IMG/VR virus record: IMGVR_UViG_3300028275_000006
Coordinates: 124,001-188,000 of that record
Length of the DNA: 64,000 bases
Strand: one strand, 5' to 3'
The notes under the pieces are model-generated. The model was not told where the DNA came from. It was given only the letters and a program-made list of their open reading frames with translations, and searched no databases. Positions within the stretch are counted from its first letter, which is position 1. Every line of letters begins with the position of its first letter. The position numbers and the translations under genes are program-made. This document shows positions 42,987 through 51,567 of the stretch, one piece after another.

Positions 42987-44852
42987 TTAGTTTGTTTCCT
43001 TAAACTCGGCATTGATTGCATCTTCCTGAACAGGTTCAAATGGCTTGTCCTGTTTGGCCTGTGCAATCGCTTGACTGGCCACTGCTAGTTCGCTAGTCTT
43101 TTGTACGATAGCGTCTTTGTCAGAACCTGTCAATTCTGTTTGAAGTGCTTTAACAGCATCTTCGATCTTTGTTTTATCTGTGTCTGAAAGTGTTGTTTCT
43201 TTCATGTCGTTTTCAACATTGTTGATCAACGCCTCGGCTGTGTTCCTAGCATCGATAAGTTCACGTGCCTTCTTATCTGATTCGGCATTAACTTCTGCAT
43301 CACGAACCATTTGTTCGATCTGCTCTTTGCTTAGACCACTGTCACTCTTAATTGTGATTTGATTTTCTTTGCCGGTGTTTTTATCTTTAGCACTAATTTT
43401 CATAATGCCGTTAGCATCGATGTCAAATGTAACTTCAATCTGTGGAGTGCCACGACGTGCTGGAGCAATACCGTCTAACTTAAACTCACCCAGGAGTTTG
43501 TTGTATTGGAATAGTTCACGCTCGCCTTGTGCTACTTTGATATCAACTGCTGGTTGATTATCTTCTGCTGTGCTAAACACTTGGCTAGCCTTAGTAGGTA
43601 TAGTTGTGTTCTTTTGTACAAGTTTAGTAAACACACCTCCCATAGTTTCAATGCCTAGTGACAATGGTGTTACGTCTAACAATAGAACGTCTGTACGATC
43701 ACCTGCTAGTACTGAACCTTGAATAGCCGCACCAACTGCTACTGCTTCGTCTGGGTTAACGTCTTTGCGTGGAGCCTTACCGAATAGTTTTTCAACTGCT
43801 TCTTGTACCTTGGGCATACGTGTTTGCCCACCAACAAGAATAACTTCGTCAATTTCTGATGGAGTAACACCTGCATCCTTCATAGCAACCTTACATGGTT
43901 CGATACTACGTTGGATTAGTTCTTCTACCAATGCTTCTAACTTAGCACGAGTAATCTTAACATTCATGTGCTTAGGACCACTTGCGTCTGCTGTGATGTA
44001 AGGTAAGTTAACATCAGTGCTGGCACTGCTAGATAACTCAATCTTGGCTTTTTCAGCGGCTTCTTTTAGACGTTGTAAGGCCAACATGTCTTTCTTAAGG
44101 TTCATGCCTGACTCTTTCTTAAACTCGTCGACCAAGTAGTCCATAATACGTTGGTCAAAGTCTTCACCACCTAAGAATGTGTCGCCGTTAGTGCTTAGTA
44201 CTTCGATTTGTTTTTCGCCATCCACGTTGGCAATTTCAATGATCGATACATCGAAAGTACCACCACCAAGGTCATAAACAGCAACTTTGCGATCTGCTTT
44301 GTCGTTTTTATCAACACCATAAGCAAGAGCTGCCGCAGTAGGCTCGTTAATAATACGCAATACTTCCAAGCCTGCGATTTTTCCAGCATCCTTAGTTGCC
44401 TGTCTTTGGCTGTCATTAAAGTATGCGGGAACTGTGATAACTGCTTGAGTAACTTTTTCACCTAAATAATCCTCTGCTGTCTTTTTCATCTTACGCAGAA
44501 CTTCAGCACTAATCTGCGGAGGTGCTAATTCTTTACCCTGTGCGCGAACCCATGCATCTCCATTCTTGGATTCCATGATTTCGTAAGGCATTAGGTCAAT
44601 ATCTTTTTGTACAGCCTGTTCTTTGAACTTACGTCCAATAAGACGCTTGGCCGCATAGATTGTGTTTTTGGGATTTGTTACTGCTTGACGTTTAGCACTA
44701 GCACCTACAAGTACTTCGTCTGTAGAATAGGCAACAATACTAGGTGTAGTTCTTGCACCTTCGCTGTTTTCAATAACTTTGGAATTTCCTGACTCGATGA
44801 CTGCTACGCATGAATTGGTAGTACCCAAGTCGATACCGATGACTTTGCTCAT
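42987..44852 (-). CDS. dnaK: Hsp70 chaperone DnaK
   Basis: [33 protein letters not shown]. Confidence 0.98.
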   Translation of the reverse strand: MSKVIGIDLGTTNSCVAVIESGNSKVIENSEGARTTPSIVAYSTDEVLVGASAKRQAVTNPKNTIYAAKRLIGRKFKEQAVQKDIDLMPYEIMESKNGDAWVRAQGKELAPPQISAEVLRKMKKTAEDYLGEKVTQAVITVPAYFNDSQRQATKDAGKIAGLEVLRIINEPTAAALAYGVDKNDKADRKVAVYDLGGGTFDVSIIEIANVDGEKQIEVLSTNGDTFLGGEDFDQRIMDYLVDEFKKESGMNLKKDMLALQRLKEAAEKAKIELSSSASTDVNLPYITADASGPKHMNVKITRAKLEALVEELIQRSIEPCKVAMKDAGVTPSEIDEVILVGGQTRMPKVQEAVEKLFGKAPRKDVNPDEAVAVGAAIQGSVLAGDRTDVLLLDVTPLSLGIETMGGVFTKLVQKNTTIPTKASQVFSTAEDNQPAVDIKVAQGERELFQYNKLLGEFKLDGIAPARRGTPQIEVTFDIDANGIMKISAKDKNTGKENQITIKSDSGLSKEQIEQMVRDAEVNAESDKKARELIDARNTAEALINNVENDMKETTLSDTDKTKIEDAVKALQTELTGSDKDAIVQKTSELAVASQAIAQAKQDKPFEPVQEDAINAEFKETN

Positions 44853-44858
44853 AACATT

Positions 44859-44879
44859 TCTCCTTATAATTAAGCAAGA
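44859..44879 (-). promoter_or_regulatory. ROSE-like thermometer hairpin (dnaK)
   Basis: TCTTGCTT-AATTA-TAAGGAGA, near-identical to hsp20 leader. Confidence 0.55.
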
Positions 44880-44942
44880 TTTTAATTGTGGGCAACTGCC
44901 CGTTTCGTAAAACCCTATTGGCGTTCTACAAAATTATTTATA

Positions 44943-45227
44943 TCAGATTTTATCTAAATTTGGTATTTTAGACCATTTTTTTAACTTTTCGACTTTTGCC
45001 CTTTTTGCTTCGTGCAATTTGCCCCAACTGACTACTTCGTTGATCATTAGTATATCAATCATAGCCAGCATATCCCCTAGTTCTTCTTCTAGGTGCTGTC
45101 GATTGGTCTGCTCTGTTCCGTGTTTAGCATTGTCTATGCCAAAACGCCTAATTTTACTTACTGCTTGAATAACTTCTGCACACTCTTCCTGCAGAATGTC
45201 CATAACTTCGTTATTTTGTTCGTCCAT
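44943..45227 (-). CDS. MazG-like nucleotide pyrophosphohydrolase
   Basis: QEECAEVIQAVSK...LEEELGD. Confidence 0.8.
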   Translation of the reverse strand: MDEQNNEVMDILQEECAEVIQAVSKIRRFGIDNAKHGTEQTNRQHLEEELGDMLAMIDILMINEVVSWGKLHEAKRAKVEKLKKWSKIPNLDKI

Positions 45228-45229
45228 TT

Positions 45230-45463
45230 TTAATACATTTTTTTAGGTAGTTGTTGTTTACGCAGTTCTTTTTGCCAACGATTCTTAGCCGCAGACTTTG
45301 CTCGCTTACGAGCAGTTGTTGGCTTTTCATAGAACTCGCGATCTCTTAGTTCCTGCAATAATCCGCTATCCTGTATTTTCTTTTTGAAACGGCGTAGAGC
45401 TCTTTCAACGGGTTCACCGTCTTTTACAGTAACTCCACTACCACGTAGTTGTTTATCCCTCAT
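45230..45463 (-). CDS. rpsU: ribosomal protein bS21
   Basis: ERALRRFKKK...RDREFYEKPT..RKRAK.AA. Confidence 0.9.
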   Translation of the reverse strand: MRDKQLRGSGVTVKDGEPVERALRRFKKKIQDSGLLQELRDREFYEKPTTARKRAKSAAKNRWQKELRKQQLPKKMY

Positions 45464-45845
45464 TATCTTCCTCTGTTAATTTTGGAAAGTCGTAAAAACG
45501 ATTTTTATTTATTAAATCCCAAGGTGCTTGCATATTCGTGCATCTATAGTATGTAGTAGGAATACTCAAAATGTAAGCAAAGAACTGGCTTATACTTACA
45601 GGACTATTATCCATATCTATAAGAATAGTGTCGACGGAATTGGCTACGCTGAGTAACCATGCTATGTTGTCTTCGTCGCCTGTGTACAGATATATGTTTA
45701 AGTGTTCACTACAGTCTAAAGCATATTCCTGTACAGCGTCTTTGAGTGTGTCGCTAGGAGTAATAACTAGCATTGTTTGACTTTGATCGTATATACGATC
45801 CGGAGCGGTTATGATTTTGATTTTCTTCTTTGTATTCTCTGCCAT
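45453..45845 (-). CDS. hypothetical protein
   Basis: 130 aa ORF. Confidence 0.65.
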   Translation of the reverse strand: MAENTKKKIKIITAPDRIYDQSQTMLVITPSDTLKDAVQEYALDCSEHLNIYLYTGDEDNIAWLLSVANSVDTILIDMDNSPVSISQFFAYILSIPTTYYRCTNMQAPWDLINKNRFYDFPKLTEEDNEG

Positions 45846-45882
45846 AATGTCTCTGTGTCTTGTTCAGCGTTTTGGACGTAGG

Positions 45883-47250
45883 TTACTCCTTGGTCTTGGT
45901 CACTTGTTGATTCTGTTCCTTCACTATGTAGGTTGTCTTTTTTTTTGAACTGTCAGGTTCTATGACTTCTGTAAGATCGGGCTTGTATCTGTCTCCTGTT
46001 ACTTCGGATATATAATCCCCAGGACGCTCGTCCAAAGTTTCCTTCCAAGGTAACTCTTCAATTACACCAGATTCTTTTAATTTTTCCTGATGCTTAATAG
46101 TGTCATCTGGATTCTGTTCCTTCCAAATGCGCTTGGCTTCTTTTTCTTTTTCAAGTTCGCGTTCTGCTTCTTCAATCATTTTATTCCATTGCTCTAGTCC
46201 AATGTCTTCAACAATGTCCTTTTCTTCTTCTGGAATATAAGATCTAGCATGTTCTACTATTTCAGCATCTTCATCGTCGGCATCTTCTACTTGATAGTTT
46301 TGGATGTCTGCGTGTTTAGGATACATCCAACCAATTGGATGCGGATCAGCACTTTCTTTAATCTGTTCGACTTGCTCTTCGACTAATGGACCATCGTCTG
46401 CTTCGTATTTAGGTTCATTCTGTGCATCAATTGGAGTTGGCACAATTGGCGCTGGCTCAGGTTCTTCCTCTTCTTGTTTCCTAAACCATTGGAAACTATA
46501 TTGGCTAGCCAGCAACAAAATAACAGCCAATGGGTCAAATACTATAACAATAATAATGATTACCCAGGTAACTGCTTTTTCTAAAATCGTTTCATTTGTC
46601 TCGCCATAGACAAACGATGCGATATACTTAATTGGACCAACTTCGGCTTCGACCTTGCGTACCTCGGCGGCAATAGGCGCACGGGCATCATTAAGTTCCG
46701 CGATAGACTTCTGCGACTGTGATATTTCTGCTTGAAGTCTAGCACGTTCTTTCTGCTGGGACTTACGCAAAGCCACAGCCTTGTCGGCACCTTTTTCATC
46801 TGCTGAGCGACCCAATACTTGGTCCACTCCTTCATCCATCTGTTTAAGTGCTTTACGGTTTGCTTCAATATTTTCTTTTTCGGTTTTGATCTTTTCATCA
46901 TAGATAGCAATCTTACTTTGAACATCGCCGCTTACTAGACTTTGGTCACTGTGTGCTTTGGATAAGAAACCAAAAATACCCATAGAGGTAATAAGCATTA
47001 GTATAGCAATAGCGGATAATAGATAACCTCTAATAAAGTTAGGTGCCCTGGACCAATTTTGTTTTAGCCAAACAGTTGCGGCTAACTTACTAACTTCTAG
47101 GGCTACACCCATAACAATGATAGGAATAACAGCCGCAGAGAAAATGGCCATTAGGCCCGCTACGCTGTAATAAATGGCTACAGCGGATATGGTTAATCCG
47201 CTGAACAATGTTAGCCAAGCAATTAGTTTGTCACTAGTTTGATATCGCAT
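45883..47250 (-). CDS. multi-TM protein with coiled coil and acidic tail
   Basis: 3 N-terminal TM, coiled coil, TM IIVIVFDPLAV, acidic C-terminus. Confidence 0.75.
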   Translation of the reverse strand: MRYQTSDKLIAWLTLFSGLTISAVAIYYSVAGLMAIFSAAVIPIIVMGVALEVSKLAATVWLKQNWSRAPNFIRGYLLSAIAILMLITSMGIFGFLSKAHSDQSLVSGDVQSKIAIYDEKIKTEKENIEANRKALKQMDEGVDQVLGRSADEKGADKAVALRKSQQKERARLQAEISQSQKSIAELNDARAPIAAEVRKVEAEVGPIKYIASFVYGETNETILEKAVTWVIIIIVIVFDPLAVILLLASQYSFQWFRKQEEEEPEPAPIVPTPIDAQNEPKYEADDGPLVEEQVEQIKESADPHPIGWMYPKHADIQNYQVEDADDEDAEIVEHARSYIPEEEKDIVEDIGLEQWNKMIEEAERELEKEKEAKRIWKEQNPDDTIKHQEKLKESGVIEELPWKETLDERPGDYISEVTGDRYKPDLTEVIEPDSSKKKTTYIVKEQNQQVTKTKE

Positions 47251-47260
47251 AATCTATTAT

Positions 47261-47719
47261 TTATTGGCGAGCAAAAGTCCAAAACTGACTATCTAATGTA
47301 TAGCAACCAACTTCTTCATATTCTCTACTTTTGCCTTGTTTATAAACTAGAGTAATTAATTTACGGCATACACCGCCTTGAACATGCCAAGACAATACCG
47401 GTTTAATTTTACCCCACGATTCTTCTGTGTTGTTATACCACTCCATAACCTGTCCATCTGGTACAGATTCTAATGTTAGTATAACAGCATTTGTGTGTCT
47501 ACGTCTATCTTCTTTACTCAATGCGCCATCCCAACTTTTAATTAGGTTGGCAAAAACACTAACAGCACTTCCAGGATAATCGTAATCATTTCTCACACCT
47601 CCGGTTGCACTTAATGGAACACGGAGATCTGAAGCCTGACTAGTTTGACAGATTAGCAGGGTCAGAAATGTAAACGTAATGACCTTGACGATGTGTTTCG
47701 CAAACATAGTTTCTTCCAT
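47261..47719 (-). CDS. 17-kDa surface-antigen-like exported protein
   Basis: LESVPDGQ..EWYN...CR pattern; start uncertain. Confidence 0.6.
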   Translation of the reverse strand: MEETMFAKHIVKVITFTFLTLLICQTSQASDLRVPLSATGGVRNDYDYPGSAVSVFANLIKSWDGALSKEDRRRHTNAVILTLESVPDGQVMEWYNNTEESWGKIKPVLSWHVQGGVCRKLITLVYKQGKSREYEEVGCYTLDSQFWTFARQ

Positions 47720-47978
47720 ATTGTGTAACTACAGGACGACAATTTTGATCTACGCCAATTCTTGCAGGAACATGACGTTCAATAAAATCATCGGAGCATC
47801 TTACAGTAGTTTTGCTAGACACATTGGCTCCATCGACTACTTCGATAGTTTTTGATGTGTTACAAAACTGTGCCGTTTTAGTAGGAGCAGAACTACAGCC
47901 CGAGAGTAGAGCAATAATCACAAACATTACAATTATTGCTAACCACAGATAGTTCTTAACTGTATAAGGGTGTGTCAT
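47640..47978 (-). CDS. lipoprotein
   Basis: Lipobox LSGC; four further Cys. Confidence 0.7.
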   Translation of the reverse strand: MTHPYTVKNYLWLAIIVMFVIIALLSGCSSAPTKTAQFCNTSKTIEVVDGANVSSKTTVRCSDDFIERHVPARIGVDQNCRPVVTQYGRNYVCETHRQGHYVYISDPANLSN

Positions 47979-48442
47979 TACTGAGCCTTTGCCTTAAGAC
48001 GATTGAAAGTATCTTCAGTCATTTTCAAACGAACATAAGTGTAATATTGTCCGTTTAACGAGTACTGATGTTTCTTAGACTCTAATTGATCTTGTATCAA
48101 TTGGTTACCAGTAGATGTTTCTACTCGGGTCTGAGTAGCCTTTCGTTCGTCGATAATTTCTACTTTAGTCAAAGAATTGACTCGACTACCTAAGCGTTTG
48201 GCAAAGCCGTCTAATGCAAAGGCATCTGCTTGTGCTTCTGATGCTTGCTGGTAACGACTTTCGCCCATACCGCAAGAATAGACATAACCCTCACGTGCCC
48301 AAAACCAGCCTTCTTTGCCTCGTTGTTCGCAATCAGCATACCAACTTGGGTGTGCCGCAGTTTTACGGACTTCAATTTCCTTCATGCTTGAACAAGCAGA
48401 AAGAATACTTACCATAGATATTGCCAAAAGTGCCTTTTTCAT
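47978..48442 (-). CDS. LPP20-like lipoprotein
   Basis: Lipobox LSAC; promoter 48484-48512. Confidence 0.7.
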   Translation of the reverse strand: MKKALLAISMVSILSACSSMKEIEVRKTAAHPSWYADCEQRGKEGWFWAREGYVYSCGMGESRYQQASEAQADAFALDGFAKRLGSRVNSLTKVEIIDERKATQTRVETSTGNQLIQDQLESKKHQYSLNGQYYTYVRLKMTEDTFNRLKAKAQ

Positions 48443-48483
48443 AATGTGCCTTTCTGTGTGTGAAACAATTTACGACAGTTAAA

Positions 48484-48512
48484 AGTATAACACCACCCGA
48501 AGGTGGTGTCAA
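48484..48512 (-). promoter_or_regulatory. sigma70 promoter whose spacer is a hairpin (overlapping terminator)
   Basis: TTGACA-17-TATACT; ACACCACC-TTCG-GGTGGTGT. Confidence 0.7.
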
Positions 48513-48529
48513 CTGGTTTGGTAATCGAA

Positions 48530-48832
48530 TTACTTAAAGAATATCAATGCCATTAAAACGGCTTGAACAATAAAACCAAAGCCAATTGTAACTACATTTA
48601 GCATATCCTTTTGGACAGCGGCTTTGACAAACAACAGCGCAAGTCCGGACCAAACTAACAGTACCAAATCAACTGCTGGTAGTCTATCTGTAAGTCCACT
48701 CATTACTGCTAACAAACTTGGAATGGTACTAGCGTGTAATACAATGACTGCTAACCAACCAAATGTTTCTGCGGAAATTTGAGATACTTTGGTAGTAACA
48801 AACTCTTTGAGTTGATCAATATTATTAATCAT
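48530..48832 (-). CDS. small three-TM membrane protein
   Basis: Three hydrophobic helices. Confidence 0.7.
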   Translation of the reverse strand: MINNIDQLKEFVTTKVSQISAETFGWLAVIVLHASTIPSLLAVMSGLTDRLPAVDLVLLVWSGLALLFVKAAVQKDMLNVVTIGFGFIVQAVLMALIFFK

Positions 48833-49383
48833 ATTTTGGTTTCCTTGCCTTTATAAAAAATGTGTTGTCCAATTTTGCCTATTTTTTCCAAATTCCATCT
48901 TGGGTTGACGTAGGAGGCATGATAGTATAAAGCATCTTTGAGAACGTCCAATCTGAAATTCTCAAGTAAAACCTTCTTAGCAACTTCGTAACTTTCATTA
49001 TAAGCCTCCTTGTTTACAGGTTTAGTTTTTGCCGCAGAGTCACATGCCCATGAAAATTGGCACACAACTTTTTCCATAATTACGTTCTTTTGGTAAACGA
49101 CACCGCAGACATCTTGTCCAAATTTGCCTGATGCAACACGGTTCATTGTTACTTGGGCAACAGCAACCTTACCTTCGAATGGCTCATAACCTGCTTCGCG
49201 ATAAATGTTGATTGCCAAACAATCTAATTGACGCTCTCGTGTCTTGATAGACACTACGTCCTGTGAGTATAGCCCGCCTCGTTCACGCAATGACTGAAAC
49301 TTTGTAGTCGTTACAGTTTGAACCAAAACGGCAACCATAACTAATCCTAAAAAATAGGATACTAATCTAAATGACTTTTCCAT
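48829..49383 (-). CDS. SleB/CwlJ-family cell wall hydrolase
   Basis: CLAINIYREA, VAQVTMNRV, VCQFSW, YYHASYVNP.W, IGQHIFY. Confidence 0.92.
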   Translation of the reverse strand: MEKSFRLVSYFLGLVMVAVLVQTVTTTKFQSLRERGGLYSQDVVSIKTRERQLDCLAINIYREAGYEPFEGKVAVAQVTMNRVASGKFGQDVCGVVYQKNVIMEKVVCQFSWACDSAAKTKPVNKEAYNESYEVAKKVLLENFRLDVLKDALYYHASYVNPRWNLEKIGKIGQHIFYKGKETKI

Positions 49384-49394
49384 AAGTCCTCCTT

Positions 49395-49625
49395 TCACTT
49401 AGTGTTATTTTGGGCATAATATTGCACCGCAACAACATTACATTAAGGGAGTTAACTTCACGAGGCTCAATTAAAGAACCCTGGGTTCGTGTAGTTGTCT
49501 CCATTGGACGCACAATCTCATAACTTGTGTGCCTTTGGCGAACTTGACCGCCCGAATCTCACGGGTTTCCAATTGGCCAAGACTCGCAGGATTGTTTCTG
49601 CTTGTGACATACTTTAATCCAACTA
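49395..49625 (-). ncRNA. structured 5' leader of SleB gene, riboswitch/cis-RNA candidate
   Basis: Multi-hairpin junction (TTGG/CCAA, CCG/CGG, GGCG/CGCC, GCACACAA/TTGTGCGT, CACGA/TCGTG), no ORF. Confidence 0.45.
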
Positions 49626-49692
49626 TCTTAGTTTCTTTGCGAAACGTACAAATATATAGTTCATAATTCCAAAATCACTAGTTAAATAGGCC

Positions 49693-50094
49693 CTATCTTC
49701 TCATTTTGGAGATTTCTACGGCTTCTTCATTACTAAAAATTGGAACTGCATTACTCTTGTGCATAGTACCGATGCCTTTGATCATTGTGCCTGTATAAAC
49801 TTTATCTGGTGCTTTTAAACAAGGACCGCCAGTAAATGGTAAACTAGCAATCTTTGGTGTTTCTCTAACGAATGGCTTGTTGACTACCGGATTCATCGTC
49901 GGTGCCGCTAGTCCACGCTTACGTTTTTTATCTTCGGCTTCGATGGCCCACTTCTTTTGAAGTGCCTTCCAACTTTCGTCTAACTCTCTAGCCTTTTTGG
50001 CATGTTCAGCAGAACGAAACTTTTGTTTGCCTTTCTTTTTGCCAGTGGTACTAAGCCACGGGCCTTCTAAGTGCATACTCAAAGTTACCTCCAA
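49693..50094 (-). CDS. basic hypothetical protein
   Basis: YTGTMIKGIGTMHKSNAVP; real start probably near 50076-50082. Confidence 0.7.
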   Translation of the reverse strand: MEVTLSMHLEGPWLSTTGKKKGKQKFRSAEHAKKARELDESWKALQKKWAIEAEDKKRKRGLAAPTMNPVVNKPFVRETPKIASLPFTGGPCLKAPDKVYTGTMIKGIGTMHKSNAVPIFSNEEAVEISKMRR

Positions 50095-50152
50095 ATATTG
50101 TTACTATAGGATTATTATATAACAACTTTTGGTAACTGTCAAGTGTTTTGGT

Positions 50153-50473
50153 TTATACTCGAAATGACTCGCCACAGCCACAACGGTCACGTTCATTTGG
50201 ATTGGTAAAGTCAAATCCTTCGTTAAGACCTTTCTTTACCCATTCAACTTGTACACCGTCCAGGTATGCTAGACTTTTTGGATCAACAAATACGTGTACA
50301 CCGTGACTAACAAAACTCATATCTTCTTTTGTGGGCTCGTCAACAAATTCAATCATATAAGCCATTCCACTACAGCCTGTAGTTTTAACACCTAATCGAA
50401 TGCCTAGCCCTTTGCCCCTACGGTCTAGTGTAATCTTTACTCGCTCTGCGGCTTTCTCAGACAGTGATATCAT
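50153..50473 (-). CDS. iscA: Fe-S assembly A-type carrier IscA
   Basis: [20 protein letters not shown]. Confidence 0.93.
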   Translation of the reverse strand: MISLSEKAAERVKITLDRRGKGLGIRLGVKTTGCSGMAYMIEFVDEPTKEDMSFVSHGVHVFVDPKSLAYLDGVQVEWVKKGLNEGFDFTNPNERDRCGCGESFRV

Positions 50474-50846
50474 TTTTTGCCTTGTAGTCTGCTACTGCGG
50501 CTTTGATAGCATCTTCCGCAAGAATTGAACAATGGATTTTAACGGGTGGAAGTGCAAGTTCTTCGGCAATCGCGCTGTTCTTAATCTCTCCCGCTTGATC
50601 CAACGTTTTTCCTTTGAGCCACTCGGTGACCAACGATGAACTAGCAATAGCACTTCCGCATCCGTATGTCTTGAATTTCGCATCCTCAATAATGCCCTCG
50701 TTATTAACTTTAATTTGTAACTTCATCACGTCGCCGCAAGCAGGTGCTCCCACCATGCCTGTGCCAACGCCTTCCTCGTCTTTAGGGAAACTACCTACGT
50801 TGCGAGGATTTTCGTAGTGATCTATAACTCTATCGGAATAAGCCAT
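50457..50846 (-). CDS. iscU: Fe-S scaffold IscU
   Basis: [26 protein letters not shown]. Confidence 0.96.
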   Translation of the reverse strand: MAYSDRVIDHYENPRNVGSFPKDEEGVGTGMVGAPACGDVMKLQIKVNNEGIIEDAKFKTYGCGSAIASSSLVTEWLKGKTLDQAGEIKNSAIAEELALPPVKIHCSILAEDAIKAAVADYKAKNDITV

Positions 50847-50855
50847 TTAATCTCC

Positions 50856-51161
50856 TTAAACTGAAAACGAACTTCCACATCCACAAGTTGTTTGTGCATT
50901 TGGATTTTCAATATTAAAACTAGAGCCCATTAAGTCATCGATAAAGTCGACTTTGGCTCCTTGCAAATAGTTCATGCTCATTGAATCTATTAATATTCTA
51001 CCAAATTCAAAGTCGTCTTCTTCTTTGTTTTTTGCAAAATCGAACACGTAATTAAATCCCGAACATCCTCCACCTTCTATTGCAATTCTAAGGTATTTTT
51101 CTTTGCTTTCATCCAGCACCATTTGAATTTCTTTTTCAGCGGTTTCTGTTATTGTAATCAT
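50856..51161 (-). CDS. erpA: ErpA/IscA-family Fe-S carrier
   Basis: GGGCSGF, NPNAQTTCGCGSSF. Confidence 0.85.
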   Translation of the reverse strand: MITITETAEKEIQMVLDESKEKYLRIAIEGGGCSGFNYVFDFAKNKEEDDFEFGRILIDSMSMNYLQGAKVDFIDDLMGSSFNIENPNAQTTCGCGSSFSV

Positions 51162-51241
51162 GTCGTGTCTCCGTTGTAGTAATATTTATCGCACAATTAT
51201 CGTAGTTTAGTATTATTTTTGGTAGTTGTCAACCGATAAAT

Positions 51242-51565
51242 ATGAATATGCCAGCACTAGCAAGATTAACAGATTTGGGAGAAGGAAAATGTCCTTTGCA
51301 CTCCCCTAGCCCACCGGTAGATTATACTACCACACACATTGCCGGATGCAGTACTGTGTTTACAAACAACCTAGCACAACTAGTAGCCACTAGAGATCCT
51401 GGCGAACAATCCTGCGGACATACTAGCCAAACACTTACTGGATCTGCTACTGTGTTTGCAGAAAACTTGCCTGTGCATCGTATTGGAGATACAGGCCTTG
51501 GACAAGGCGGAGATACATATACAACTATCACCGGAAGTTCTAATGTGTTTAATGACGGAGCGTAA
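51242..51565 (+). CDS. PAAR-family spike protein (T4 gp5.4-like)
   Basis: PALARLTD, C..H, CGH, GSATVFAENLPVHRIGD; TAAATA upstream. Confidence 0.8.
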   Translation: MNMPALARLTDLGEGKCPLHSPSPPVDYTTTHIAGCSTVFTNNLAQLVATRDPGEQSCGHTSQTLTGSATVFAENLPVHRIGDTGLGQGGDTYTTITGSSNVFNDGA

Positions 51566-51567
51566 CA

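Noticed and set aside
49395-49625. Firm c-di-AMP (ydaO) riboswitch call
   Set aside because: The two symmetric YGAAUC pockets are not both recognisable; kept only as an unassigned candidate.
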